Shown here in pieces: positions 41,804 through 56,624 of a stretch of 64,000 nt of DNA. The DNA is from the human T2T-CHM13v2.0 reference genome, Homo sapiens. The notes below the pieces were generated by a model. It searched no databases and was not told the origin of the DNA. It saw only the letters and a list, made by a program, of their open reading frames with translations. The stretch lies in assembly GCF_009914755.1 (NCBI RefSeq), contig NC_060937.1; one strand, written 5' to 3'. Every line of letters starts with the position of its first letter. The first letter of the stretch is position 1. A program made the translations under genes and the position numbers.

Positions 41804-42840
41804 AAATTAATAACTTTTAATAGCTAAATAGTTACCATTTAAGTCTTTGCTTGTTTTTTAAAGCAGAAGTTTAAAATATATTATCAAAAGTGACTACACA
41901 CAATAAACAGAAAATAGGGATAATGCACGGTGATGGAGATTTATCAACCAACTTGTGGTCATCTGTTGCCTAATGTAGTAGACAAAGTTTGTCACACAAT
42001 TAGCATTGATGGAAGAGCAACCAAAATACCTGCGAGTGAACTGGAGACTACTAGCAAAGTAACTTAACACTCTGGATCAACTCCCAAAGATATTTACTGT
42101 TTCTCTGCAAGCTAACCTCACCATAGCATAGAATTCTATTTTGATTAATCTATGGTGTTTTTGAGTGTGTATATTAATAGAGCATTTTTAGTGGTTGCTG
42201 TAGATACTACATTATATTTGCAGAATTTACCACAGTTTACTTGAATTGACTGACATTTTTCCAGTGTGAGCTACGTATAAAAACATTACCTCCTTTTGCC
42301 CGACTTTACACTCCCCCATTAATATAATTGTCTTAAATATTTACCCTTTCTACATTGAGAATCACACCAGACTATGTCATAACTTTTGCTTCCGCAAACC
42401 TGTAGACTCTCTGAGAAGGGCTTGGGGCTGCTTCTCACATGCTAATCCTAGGCATGAAAAACCAAGGATTCTCCCCAAATGGGATGAACTGAGAAGAATG
42501 TTTAGGACATTCAGAGCAAAGGTGAATCAATAATGACTGAGATAGAATTTTTACCTCCATGCGCAGTTGGAACTGGGGTCAGATTTATCAATAATTTTAT
42601 TTAGAAAAAAATCATTGCATTCCTCGTATTGCAAATTCATATTTAATTCAGAATTGAGTTCAAAATGCTAAAATTACTTTTCAAAAATATTTAATTGATT
42701 TTACAGAACCATTAGTTGGCATTAGTAGTGTGAGTGCACAGCTCACATTGCACACTTATTCATCTCCAGCTATTTCTCTGCCCCACAGCAGGACCTCCAC
42801 TAATTGTTTTCTATAATGTAATATTTGTCAATCTCCCAGA

Positions 42841-42985
42841 CAGTGGTCTGCAAACTTAGCTGCTTGCTAGAATCACCTGAAGAACTTGAAAATCCTGATG
42901 CCCTAGCCTCACCCCCAGAGATTCAAATTTAATTAGACACAATAATTTCTAAAATTCCCTAAACTCATCTAATGTACTGCCAAGG
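42841..42985. mobile_element. MER5-like hAT relic
   Basis: cagtggtctgcaaacttagctgc...tagaatcacctg...cctcacccccagagattc. Confidence 0.75.
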
Positions 42986-42989
42986 TACC

Positions 42990-43352
42990 TTACTGGCATG
43001 TGCTCTGACCCGAGGCAATCAGAACTCTCTGGGAATCTGACTTAGGACAAGACAGAGAGAAGGATTTGTTCATTCCTGTGGGCTGGGTCTTATGCTCTTG
43101 AATAATAGAAGAGTCAAGTGACGAACAAGAGAAGCAAGTGTGTCTGCAATGAGAGGAGAAAGAAGCAGAGTCACTGAAAAGAGCAGAAAAGTGAAGGTAG
43201 AAGAAGGTCCTTGGTCCCTGGTCCCTGGGGTCTGACTGCGTTGTTGTCTTGGGGTCCATGTGCACCTTTCTGTCTTTATAACAAATTTTCTTTGCTCTTT
43301 AATCTTGCAAAGGTTTGTTTTTATTATATCCCACCAGAAGAGTCCTAACTGA
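42990..43352 (+). mobile_element. Old MaLR LTR (MLT1-like)
   Basis: ccagaagagtcctaactga 3' terminus and gcaatcagaactctctgggaatctga internal motif. Confidence 0.55.
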
Positions 43353-44411
43353 TCAAATTGTTCAGCTCAAAATCTTCAGCTCATTAATCTCTAAATGTAA
43401 ATGATGCTACCACTACAAATGTCACCCATTACCTAAATCACTCAGTTGGCATTTAGGAACTTATGTTCTGTGCTCTTTGAATCATTTTAAGCCATTACTT
43501 ACTCTATATACTGATGCTGATGGATAAATATTAAATATTGTATATCTATATGCAATAGTCTAAACATATCAGGAACTTTTGTTTGTTGATAACTTTTTTT
43601 TTGGTCTGTAATTACACAGGCTACTTACCTTAAAATAACACTTGTGATCATTGATAAGAATTATGTGATTGAAATAAATGAGCAAACATGAAAAAAATAA
43701 CTAATAGGCTGTTTTACATAGGGGAAAATATATCTTTCCTTTTTCTCAATTCCTACCCAATTGCTTGACTCCCAAATCACCTCTGTTCTTTAGAAGGTTA
43801 AAGTATAAAATGGGTCACTAGATTGTTACCACCTAGTAGAAAGGTGTCTATGGCAATACCCTTTTAATGCCAGTTCTATTTCCACTACAGAGCAAAAAAA
43901 AAAATGCTCAATGAATCTTATTTTCCTGAAAGTAAGATTCCTCATTCCAACAAAATTATAAGCTTTCAACTTCAGTCATTACAACGTCTGGTGCAGTGCT
44001 TTGTGTAGAATGGAGGCTTTATTCATGAATTTGCTTAAATGAATAAATGAGGATAAGTTCGGCTTTTATATACAAGTCATATAGTAAAGATAAATGTTAC
44101 CATCAAGCCTGCACATAAGGAAAAGATATTTTTGTAAGGCAATTTACAACAGCTTTTTGATTCTATTAACATCTCTATTTCCCATATTTTAAAAATGCAA
44201 TCCATATAACATATTTATAAGATACTCTCCTCTAGTAATAAATAGCTTTTGTGAACATTATAAATTTGCTAGTCTCAATGAAAACACATGGGGGCAAACC
44301 TAAATTATCACTGAGTTTCACTAACATCCAGAGACTGCATGATGTTCTAGTGCTAGTCTTACTGACATAAACATATGATGACAGAAGACAAAAATGTGCT
44401 TGTAATGGTCA

Positions 44412-47400
44412 CATCATAAACGTTTTAGGTTTTATTAAGGAAAAAAATCATAATTTAATATACTGTTTCAAGAATTCATTAAAATCATACCTTTAGACAG
44501 AAAAATTCATTTTCCTTTCTCTTGGGAATGTTTAGAATATTCACAGAGATAGCAACCCGATAGTTCTTCAAATGCTGCACTTTTGATTGATTAAAGTGTT
44601 TATGTATTATTAAAGGATATTGTAATTTCAAAGTTTCTAAAGGCATTTTTTTTCCAAAGATAGAGATCAAAAGCAAAACACTGAGTTAGAGTTACAAATC
44701 TCCACTCATAGATATGGGAATAATATATTTTGTTCCATCAACATGTCTACTTTGCATTATTCAGCACAAAGCTTTGTGAAATAAGAATCATGGGAATATA
44801 AGAATATAAAGAAAAAAGGTACAAATAACAGCTTCATAAACTGAGAAATGTACATAAATAAATCATGTATATGTGGGCAGTTTGCTTAGCTGGCAAGAAA
44901 CAAAATATGGAAAATCTGCTTGTTAAACAATAACTACAGAGTGTGCTTTTATGATGTTTTTCACCACAGTAATTCATATTAGAGATAGAAGCAGTTGCAT
45001 GTTAAATAAAATCATTGAGCATTGTTCCCCTTGCATTGCAAAGAGCTGACTTGTGTTGTTTTTAGATGCCTCCCATTAGAAAGTAAATATTCCTTCAATG
45101 CTATGCATTTCACAAAATTTAATAAAGATGAACTGTAAATAAAGTCACAGGGAGATTTCAGACAGTTTTATTAGGAGATTGTTGAAAAGGAAAAGAAAAT
45201 TAAATACAATAACAGTAAACGTGGTTCTCACATTGAAACCAGGCTCAAATAACTAGGCTACCATAGAAAAATTTCCAATTCTTGCATTATGATGTAAAAA
45301 CAGATTTTTGTACAGATTTTGTACAACAAAATTCGTAATAACCTTTTATCATTTTTAGAAAACTTTAAATATATAGATAAAAATAGACAATTTTCATAGG
45401 TCCTACATGAAGATGAGTATGTTCTGTTCCAAGGGCTTGCATAGAGCGCAAATGTGGTTATAATATAGAACAACTAGACATTAATATTTTTAGGATTACA
45501 AAAGCATGGAAACCATAAAATGGGCACATTTTACTTGTTTATGCCAAAACACAAATTTCCAAACCAACCTGTATAACTAAAACAGGGAAAAAATTAAGTT
45601 ACAGACTTACAATAACATTTCATGAATTGTAATATTTACAACATGTTAGTAAGAGTCTCTCTTAACATACAGCTGATAGCTTTTTTCTTTAATCCTTGCT
45701 AAAATTTCCTTTTATTTCAAATCAAACACTAAAGCATTCTCAAAGGTCTTCAAATATGTATTTTAAAACTATTTAATCCACATAACAGGTGACTCTATGC
45801 CAGGAGCAGAGCAATGGCTGATTCTACTACATATGTAAGTTGTAGGCTTTTTTAAAAATCTTTCAAAAAATGTATGATGCAAAAAGCTTGACACAAGTCC
45901 ATTCAATTTTAAGTGTTGTAATCCTTTAAAGACTGCATATAGGGAAACAAACACATAGAACTAGGAAAAGAATCCCTTGTGCTCAAACAACAAAAGGTGG
46001 TTATGGAAGAACTATGCTTAGAAAACCAAGTTTCTACAAATCATTTACTAGCAATACTTTAAATAAAAATAATGCTCCCTTTGTAAGCAAGCTAAAATAG
46101 GAACTGTACATATAACCTTTTTATGGTATTAAAAAGATGAACTTAGCTGGCTAATAGTGAGCTACACAAAAGAATTATGTTCCAGTATTGCAAGGAAGAC
46201 CTAAAAGGTATAGAAGCGTAATGCCAGAGTATCTATAATGTTAATTTTTTCTTAATCAAGTAATTAATACCCAATCAGAACTATATTTAAACATTTTAAG
46301 CTAGTTTTCTTAGACATTGAAGATTTTGCTGTTTTGTGGTAATAAATAATGTTACGATCATACAATTTTAAGATGACAGAAAAATCATAAAATGTATAGT
46401 GACCGTACTGATTCATATCAGTCTTTAAAGGTGTAATTCCAGATATGCAAAAAACAAAGAGAAGGTAACTTTAGCATGTAATAAGCACTGTTTGCCGCTT
46501 TACTTCCAGTTATCTGCACGAAAGTGAAAACACATACTGTAACTTTCAAAAAGACAGTGAAAATAACACATAGCCACCCTTCCCTCTGACAAGGGTGGGA
46601 AGCACAGCACATTTTAACTTTATCACTCAGCGCTACATGGTATTGGACTGGTACATCAAGGTTTGTTAGGTTTTGTTTTCAGCAACATTAACATAATATG
46701 ACGTTAACATATAAAAATATTTCTGGTGTTTTGATTTGCTGTTCAGCCACAATCCATTCCCAATAGTGCAGCTTGGGGCACTAGCTAGGGTTCAATATAC
46801 AAATAAAAGTGGCTGACACAGAGTTCTGATGTCACCAGATGCTTAAGATCTCATTCATTAATACTGTGACTCCAGACAAATATTTACATGCCTGCATGCG
46901 TTAAAACCAGAAAGACATCTTTCTGACCAACAGGGTGACAAAACATATTTTCTAAAATTTTCATTTTCCTAAACTCTAGTATACTACTGCATACATAATA
47001 CCTTCCTTGTGTGTTTTATGTTTATATACTGTACATATGACCAACAGTTTGAATAAGAAGCAACATTATTATCTTTAATTCTATATACCACTACCAGTTT
47101 GGAATGAAAACATGTTACATTTATATATTTTTTTTTATTTTTAAGAAAAAAAAACCTTCAGTGAAAGCTTTTGGCTTATATTCAATGCTTCTTTTCAGAT
47201 ATGCAAAATGTTATTTCATTGGGTTGTTGTCAACATCCATTTGTTGGTCTTTTGGAAAGTATGTGAAAAAAAATTCTTCAGGAGAAAACCCACAATTAGA
47301 GAGTTTGAAATTGAATGTAACAGAAAATCACTCTTGCATTTTTTTTTTTCAAGAATCCTCTATGCCCCCTACAAGTTCATTCGTTCATTCCAAGTGTTCT

Positions 47401-47875
47401 TGCTGGTTTCTGGAGGACATAATTCTGTAAGTCTGGGTAACCACTGCTACAAGAGTCTCTTGATGTGCTCAGATACAGAATTTTCAGAAGAGGAAAATGG
47501 TTCATTCCATTAGAAAAAAACAAAGCTAGGTCTTATTCAGACCTGCCTTTAACTCTGTATACAATTGTCCAGCAGCAAGTTGCAGTAATTAACTGTAAGA
47601 ACTTTGATACTTGTACATTTACAAACATTCTCAGGTCTCTGGTATGAACCACAGGTGAAAATCAATGGAGAAAACTTTTTTTTTTTTTTGTAGAATACTT
47701 AAACTTTTAAAGAACATTAATACACAAAATTCAGGAAGTTCCCTTAAAAGGACTTTATTTTTTTCTGAACTTTCCCATGACGAATGTCTGACTGCAAAGT
47801 TCTTTTCTATAACATGGATTTCTTCAACAGGAAAGATTCAGTACATGACAGTAGTTTTCAAATACAGTCTTCCAT
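44412..47875 (-). other. Terminal exon (~3.5 kb 3'UTR) of an unidentified minus-strand protein-coding gene
   Basis: Acceptor tttttcactgttcatttctAG|ATGGAAG (AG = + 47876-47877); no recognisable transposon over 3.5 kb; AU-rich with UGUA motifs; ends at AATAAA. Confidence 0.7.
44431..44436 (-). terminator. Polyadenylation signal AATAAA of the minus-strand gene
   Basis: tttatt on +; U/GU-rich downstream element on - (gcacatttttgtcttctgt, ~44381-44399); marks the edge of a long repeat-free block. Confidence 0.6.
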
Positions 47876-49074
47876 CTAGAAATGAACAGTGAAAAATTAA
47901 TTAATGGCATGGTATTTGGGGTACAAATGTGCATGTAAAAATGATGTAACTTGATATAAAATTTGTAGTTTTTATTAGATCTTTACTTGGTTAAGAAGTA
48001 ACATTTTTCATATCTTCTCAAAGTTAAGTTAATTTCATAATTACACTGAGTTTATGTGACTGAAAAGAATACAGCATTTCTACTTCTCATAAATATATAT
48101 TTGCTATTTTGATATCAGTTCCAGAGCACTCAGAAAATAGCTAAGAGTATGTGTGTGTATTTTACTGATATGCAAAGTTAGTTGATTTCTGTTGAATAAC
48201 AATTACTTCCTTCAAGCTTGCAGAACCAAATTTTCTCTGAATGCACTCAGGTGTATCTCCATCAGGAAAGACTGAACTCCCATCTTACTCTTTAGCAGTG
48301 TTGTTAAATATACCATGTAATGTAACTATTGTGCACATTCGTTGCTATTTATATGAAAGCCAGCTAGGTTATTTCATCACTGTCAATGAACTATAGCCTT
48401 TACCCCTTGAAGTGAGATTCATCCAACAATTAAATATTAAAATGTAAACACTGTATATTATTCAACTTTTACTAATGAGCAAACACACAGTTGTGTGAAA
48501 AAGAAAAGGAAATCAAATCTTAGAGACATCGAATAAATCCATTTGAATGAAGCACTAATAAGAAATAGGAAATTAAAAGTCCAAACCAAAAATAAAACAA
48601 TAACAATACCAAACATAAGCATATTTCTCAAATATTTAATACCCTCTAAACTGTCTACTTCCTGGTATGGCCTAAACTTTGTATATATTTGTCTAATATA
48701 TGTCTGAAATTCAAATTTTAATATGTACAGTAGAAAGGAGAACAATCAGAAAAGGAAAGTTTTCCGAGCTTTGAAAAGTACATATTGCCATGTAAATGTT
48801 TGCAAAATGTCTGGTAACTGGAAGAATTAAAATATAAGAAAACATAAATGACCTATAGTACATTCAGGAAATAAAAAAGATAGTCTAAATATTTATGGAC
48901 CTCACCTTCAACTTTTATACAACTACTTTTATACAATCTATAGTGGATATAGTAAGTTGCAAGGAACTTAATATCAGCAATGTTAAATCATGTCGTACTT
49001 CATAGAAATATTGGTAAGCCCAAATTATATATTCCTCTCATTTTTTTCTATTTTTTATAATCCTTCCTTTTTAA

Positions 49075-49680
49075 AAAATGTTTTTAATTCTTGTGGGTAA
49101 ATATTAGGTGCATATATTATATTTATGGGATACATTGCATATTTAGATACAGGCATGCATGCATAATAATCACATCTGGGTAAATGGGGTGTCTATCACC
49201 TCAAACACTTATCCTCTGTGTTACAAACAATCCAGTCTCTTTCAGTTATTTTAAAATGTACCAATTACTATGAACTATAGTCTCTTTGTTGTGCTATCAA
49301 ATGTTAGATTTTATTCATTCATCCTATTTTTTTGAACCCATTAACTATCCCCACTCCCTCCCCACTCTCCTCACTAACCTTCCCAGTCTCTGGCAACCAT
49401 CATTCTACACTCTATCTCCACAAATTTAATGGTTTTAATTTTTAGCTCCCACAAATAAAGTGAGAACATACAAAGTTTGCCTTTCTGTGCTTGGCTTATT
49501 TCACTTAGCATAATGACCTCCAGTTTCATCCATGTTGCTGTAAATGACAGGATCTCATTCTTTTTATGGCTGAATAGTATTCTATTGCGTATGTGTACAC
49601 CATTTTCTTCATTCATCTGCTGATGGACAATTAGGTTGCTTCCAAATCTTGGCTATTGTGAATAATGCTGCAATAAAACA
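49075..49680 (-). mobile_element. L1MA-like 3' end
   Basis: Minus ORF 49374-49616 (KKNEILSFTATWMKLEVIMLSEISQAQK) is the L1 ORF2 C-terminus/3'UTR. Confidence 0.93.
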
Positions 49681-49782
49681 TCTTAATAAACATTTGTAGG
49701 GTTGAAATACTACCTCCAAGATGTCATGAAACTCTATTTTGCTCATTGAGTATACAGAGTCCTCCCTTTTGCACAGAGTATA

Positions 49783-50132
49783 CAGTAGTCCTCCCTTATC
49801 TGTGGGGGATATGTCCAGACTGCCAGTGGATGCCTGAAATCATGGATAGTACCAAACCCTATGTATACTATGTTTTTTTTTGTATACATACATACCTATG
49901 ATAAAGCTTAATTTATAAATTAGGCACAGTAAGAGATTAACAATTATAGATAATAATGATGCAATTATAGCTACATGGATAATAATAGAACAATTATAAC
50001 AATATACTCTAATATAAGTTATGTAAATGTAGCCTTTCTGTCTCTCAAAATACTGTAACATTTTCCAACTATTGTTGACAATGGGTAACTGAGACTACGG
50101 GAAGATAAACTATAGATAAGGAGGGACTACTG
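49783..50132 (-). mobile_element. MER44-like (Tigger-family) MITE
   Basis: TIRs cagtagtcctcccttatct / agataaggagggactactg flanked by TA duplications at 49781-49782 and 50133-50134. Confidence 0.9.
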
Positions 50133-50493
50133 TAAGTTTAGTAAATATGTGTTAAATAAATGCATTAATCAGATATAGGTCTTTAAAAATATAGATTTCA
50201 TATGGTTTACACAAAGTAGATATTGAATTATATATATAATTATATATATTATTAAATGTAATTATATATTATATGTAATTACATATATTATAAGTATAAA
50301 AACATATAATGAACATCTCAAATCCACAATTTTCCCTCCCAGAGGCAGGGATGTCCATGAGATTAGCCTCAGACTGGCTAAATGCTAATAAGTTGTGTCA
50401 GATATCAGTTGCCTCTCTTAAAATTAATCTAGTTCAACTTTAAGAATAATAATAATGATTACTTGAAAGTTGCTAAATAGCCTTAGCTTTTCA

Positions 50494-50649
50494 GGACTGG
50501 GAGTGGTGGCTCACAACTGTAATGCCAGCACTTTGGGAGGCTGAGCGGGGAGGACTGCCTGAGCCCAGGAGTTCGAGACCAGCCTGGGCAACATGGTGAG
50601 ACCCCATCTCTATTAAAAAATAATAGTTATAAATGAAAAAATAAAAAAG
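50494..50649 (+). mobile_element. FLAM-type Alu monomer
   Basis: Left arm only with A-rich tail; long TSD aaata(g/c)ccttagcttttcag at ~50475 and 50650. Confidence 0.9.
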
Positions 50650-53589
50650 AAATACCCTTAGCTTTTCAGTTCAGCAGTCATACACTAGGATTTTTCTTAA
50701 TAGTTGAAACATATAATAATCATAATAAAGATCTGCTCCCTCAAAATAGCATACATGTTTGGATATAAAATATAACCTAAGATTAATCAGTGAAAACATG
50801 TATTTAATCCTGCTGAACTCTAATTCTGAGCAATGATGTAAAGACATGCACAAACTGTGTCTAATTCTCTCTGTAGATATGTGTAGATATGCAGTCTAAA
50901 GGGATTTTACCTCTTTGGCCCCTAACTGTCATTTCTGATTGATACTAAATATTACTGCAGTTCAGCTGTAGACATTTTGGTATTAAATAAAGATTGGAAC
51001 CTCCTAAATCAGGTATTAATCAAATACTAGTATCAAGGCCATATAATTTAGGTAAAAATTTATTTCTAATTAAGGATATGGCAGTACCATGTTGACATAT
51101 TGTGTAACATTTATTGTTTTCGTATGGAATATGGCCTGATTTCTTCCGTTTGCTTAGCTTAATTGGGCTCACCTGTGGGACCAAACTATGTTTTTCTCAC
51201 TTACATTATATGAGTAATATATAATTATTTGTGGTTTCAGCATAGCAGGAGTTTCAATTACTTATTTAGTAAACAAACCTAATAATATTATAAAAATAAA
51301 CAGAACAAAAATTTCTGTCTTTCGTATATTTACTACCACTTGGCTAAAAATTGGACTGTTCTAAAGATAATTTTGATTCAAATGATTTCTACTACATAAA
51401 GTAACATTGATTTGTTTAAAAATCTAGTAACAGAGAATAGAGAAGTATCCAAAAAGATGGAGTGTTGATACTTTTGCCAAAGCTTTCTAATTCTTAATCC
51501 CTTAATTTATTTATCCCTACTTAACTCTCTTTTCAATTGTCTCATTATTTCTAGCATGTATTCAATTATATTGAGATTATCATTCCCATTCTTATTTTTT
51601 AAAAAATACGCAATGTTTCCTAGGATTAAACAGAGGGAACCGAGACCTTGTCAACTTCCACAGAATTCAAATTTCATTAACCTAAGTCCTTCATAAACTT
51701 TATAAAAAGTAATAATTTGCTCAAAAGTAACATTTCAGTACTCACTGTGGAACTCTTAAGTCTCTGTACAATGAAGAAAAGCAACTAAAGTATTAAATAT
51801 AGTTTTCTAATCATCTGTGATCTGCAGTATATTAAGTAGAAAGAATCCAGGAGCAAAAAAATGGATTTATACAAATTATCTTTTAAGTATGAATAATTAT
51901 TTAAAAGACCCATATTTACATTAACTAGCCAAATTATTCTCCATGGTCTACAAAGTGGTACCTAAGCTGGTGCTGCTTTTCCTTTTCAGTCTTATCTTTT
52001 ACTTCCCTCCCCTAGGTTTAGTGGCCTGTCTATTCTACAGCACGCCAAACTCTATATTGTGTTGGAATATTCAGGTCTGTTCTTCCTTCAAGAAGCCTAG
52101 AATACAAGTACACCCTCTCTCCCTACTTCCCCTTCTGCTGCCTCCTATTGAACTTCTGTACAAAGAGCTCCACTAAGTACTCCTCAATACTATCACCCTA
52201 AGAATTACTCTATAGCGCTTATCTCACTTTGAAGTCATATAAAGTGAGCCTCCCCCACGATAAGCCCCGTGGAAGAGGCAGCTGCCTCTTTCTGCCAGTA
52301 TTAGAATGAGAAGCCTTCAGCATGGTGTTGTTTGCATTAAAAGTTTTAGTGTGGCCTCAAATGTTAAACTTTTGAAGAAAGAAATTCATTAATATGCCTA
52401 TGTAACAAAAATTATTAGCATGTTAGAAATGTTAAAGTTTATCTAAAACTAAATATTTTAAATAAAACTCTCTTAGATTTGTAAAATATACCAGTAATAA
52501 GTATTTCATAAGCATCTTTACCATGGGTACTATATAAAACACGTTTATAAAAATTACATACATTATGTGCTCAGTATCTGATCTGCTGTAATTCTACTTT
52601 TAATAAATATGTCTCCTATTAAATTTTTGGCTAATGTTCCTAACAGATGGACAAATGTATCAAGCATTAAAGATGTCAGCTATAAAATAGACCCCACCTG
52701 TCACATTCAGGTAGTTCTCTATGATTAAATAATTATTAAACATCAGAGATCCTCTACTTCAGAATCCACCGGAGGCAGAAATGCACCAGGCACAGACAGA
52801 CCCTTGAAGACTGACTATCTTTCTTTCATTTACAGACCCTTATTTTAAAAGCAGTTCTAACATATAATTTTGTCATATTTATTAAAACATACTTGCAGAT
52901 CATTAAAAGTCTGTAGGAACAAAATTTTAAACAAATGTTATAATGTTCCAGAGAAGTTATATTGGCCCTGTAGCCCACAGTAAATAGCTGCATGTGGACA
53001 TACCCAGGGAACTAACAACAGGCTTCTGAATTATGGGGCTGTGGTTCTAACTCAGCCTTCTGTTAACAAACCACCTGAATGAAAGGCGGATGGCAAATGT
53101 GCTAGGAAGGATATATGGTCCTATAATTCAAACTGTGCCATGTCTGTATGTTATATAATAATGGTCCCAATATTCTCTCCTTTCCTGACTCTTCAAACAG
53201 CAAGAAAAGCCATGGGCCATGGAGAAGACTTTGCAAAAATGAGCGGCAAAAGAGAGATTATTGGAATCCCTGGAGTGCGTCCATGGCTGAGGCCTCATTA
53301 TTCGGAGGTGTGCTGTTTACATCTGACAACTCAGAGGGTTGATTCATACATTTTATATTAAAGGTTACTCGTTGTACATCATACTTACCCTCTAACTAGA
53401 TAATCTCACTCCTGCCCACCATTTTCTACATTGTCTTTGGTTCTTTCTGTATGTGTTTGACGCAGAAAAAATATATTTCCTGTTTGTTCCTCATGCTGAG
53501 GCAAGTTTACCAATCAGTTATTCCTCGATATCTCAAATGGATGAAAGCTTTACATTAAGATTAAGTAAACTGGCAATAATGATTCGTAT

Positions 53590-53810
53590 CAGTAAAGCTA
53601 ACATTTTCTGAGCACCTGTGATGTTAAAGGTGCTATATCGATTTTAAGTCTAAACTTTCCACCAACCCAAGAAAATAATGCCTCTTACAAATAAGGCTAT
53701 TAAGGCATAGAGAGTTTAAGTATCTTGCACATTTTCACAGAGCTAGCAAATGGAAGTGCAGTGATTTGACATTTCTGTGAATTCAAATTTCATGGCCATT
53801 CCACTCTATC
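53590..53810 (-). mobile_element. MIR
   Basis: gctaacattttctgagcacctgtg...ttacaaataagg...ggcatagagagtttaagtatcttgc...cacagagctagcaaatgg. Confidence 0.7.
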
Positions 53811-54734
53811 ACTTTTCCTCTAATAAGCAACTGGACTGTCCCTGGAAAAAATATGATGTCTTTGACATACAGAATTATAGGACTGACTCCTAAACACCTA
53901 GTACCATTTGTCTCGCTGCCTTGTGGATCTGCTCTTTGCCTTCCTCCTGGGAGCAGGGCTTCTTTTTAGTCAGCAAAGCCTCAATTGGTCAACCTGAAAT
54001 CAGAACTAGAATTCTTACAGCGTAGTTTCAAAGAAAATACCTTCCTTTAACACAATGATTATTTGCTTTTGCATGGGAGGTTGATATGACAGAAAAGTCA
54101 TCAAGCTAAACTTTGTGCATGGGAGTACTTAATTAAAAAGTCTGTTCTAATTAAAAGCATTTGGGAGTAGGGATTGAGCGAAACTATTTAAATTACAAAT
54201 TCCTAATAGTTTCAAAGTTCATTGTGATTTGATGCTTACAGCTATAATTTGGTGTATAAGAAAGTATCTCGTGTCTAAGAAAGCATTTGGTATATAAGAA
54301 GGATCACTGAATAGTTTATTGTGCGTGTGAATTTTTGTATGCTGTTTGTTACTATGCAGATTTAGATCTACAGAAAATAAATTGAAGAAAAACTTGTAAA
54401 TTATTTGTAAAAATGGATCTCAGATTTTAATACTACAGTTGCAACCATCAAATCAGACCCAGTAAGTATATAGATTTTAGATATTTTATTCACTGTGTCT
54501 GAGGAGACAGACAGGAGAATTCTATCTCAAAATTTCTAGTTTTGTATTCACGGATTAAGTTTAATGTTTGGTTTAATATTTTTTAATGTATTATTATATG
54601 AAGTTATTGCTAACATCTAATACATATAGACAGATGTGGAATTTAGCTTTTATTCCATATATAAAAACTAGAGTATTGAACAGATTGATCATTTATTTTA
54701 AAAACTAATGAAGTTTGTTTAATGCCAATCATAT

Positions 54735-55069
<335 letters not shown>

Positions 55070-56241
55070 TCAAATTGACACCAAAAAATCCAATTTGTTC
55101 ACTGTGAAAGTCATGTAAAATCCTTAACAATGGAGTATGCTTGTGGAAGGTATCACACAATATGCAAATAGATTTCTATTCCAGTTTTGGGAAGAACTCC
55201 CTCACAAACATCCACAAGGATCTTTTACACATCTTTTGCACGAAGGACTTAATAAATTGCGTTTTCTGTTAGGAAGTAGCTTTATTAAACAGGTCAACTA
55301 TTTGTTCAAAACTTATATCCAGGCACCTGTAATCTAGGGATATTTGCTGCTTTCACAAAACAGTTGTACATGCAGATGCCTCACTCTTCCAGAGCTGAGG
55401 AAAATATTAACACAGCAGAGGGCAAACATATCACATCACATGTCCAGAAAGTTTAATATTTACTTAAAGAATCTGAGGTTAATATAAAATATAGTAGCCG
55501 TGTGTGTCTCTCAACATAATGTCTTCATCATGTGAAGTAAAGGAAACCAAAGCAAGCGATGAAAACAAATGTTAATGATTCATGTGATATTTGATAAGAC
55601 AACGAAAGGAAGTCAAAATAAAAGCAAACAAACAGGAACAGATGGGAAGGATCTTTGTCAAGTCATAACCCCTCTTCTAAAACCCCCAAAGGAAGAAGCT
55701 AATTAAAGAAAATATTGTTTCTTGCTTTTTTTATAATTTTATATTTAGAGTAAGAACATTCTGCTACTGCTAAAGCAAGAAAGCAGAGACACAAAGTCTA
55801 CATTAAACATGAGAAATATTTTAGTGAGACTGATGTTCTGCACAGGCCCATTTATAAGAGGATACTGAATAATTATCAGTTCTTCTCATGAAATGCAGAT
55901 AATAACAGTGCAAGTGATTTCCAGATGTTTGAAGACTAATATATTCAAAGCTGTGTTTAAATATAATTAAAAAGTAAAAACTGAAAAAGTAGTAACAGAT
56001 TCTGTGGTTTTTTTTTTTTTTTCAAGGTTGTAACTGGGGAACCTGAGGCCTACAGAGTTGGGTCAAGGTGAGAGAGGACTAGACATCATATTAGACCTCA
56101 TATCCTCTTTATATGCTTTTTCCATTAGCACTGGGTGCTGTTCTAGACAATAAGCAAAGACTGTGTGCAGGAAAGTACAACAACTAGGGTACTTTGTCTG
56201 TACACTCCAAATACACCACAATAAGAAATAGGTAATGAAGT

Positions 56242-56584
<343 letters not shown>

Positions 56585-56624
56585 TCAGAGTAGATAATGT
56601 GCCTTACTAAAAAGGGCTGGTATG

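Noticed and set aside
50220-50300. AT palindromic tract
   Set aside because: Ordinary (TA)-rich low-complexity sequence
53381-53392. Consensus minus-strand donor (GG|GTAAGTAT) in the last intron
   Set aside because: No convincing acceptor upstream to define an exon
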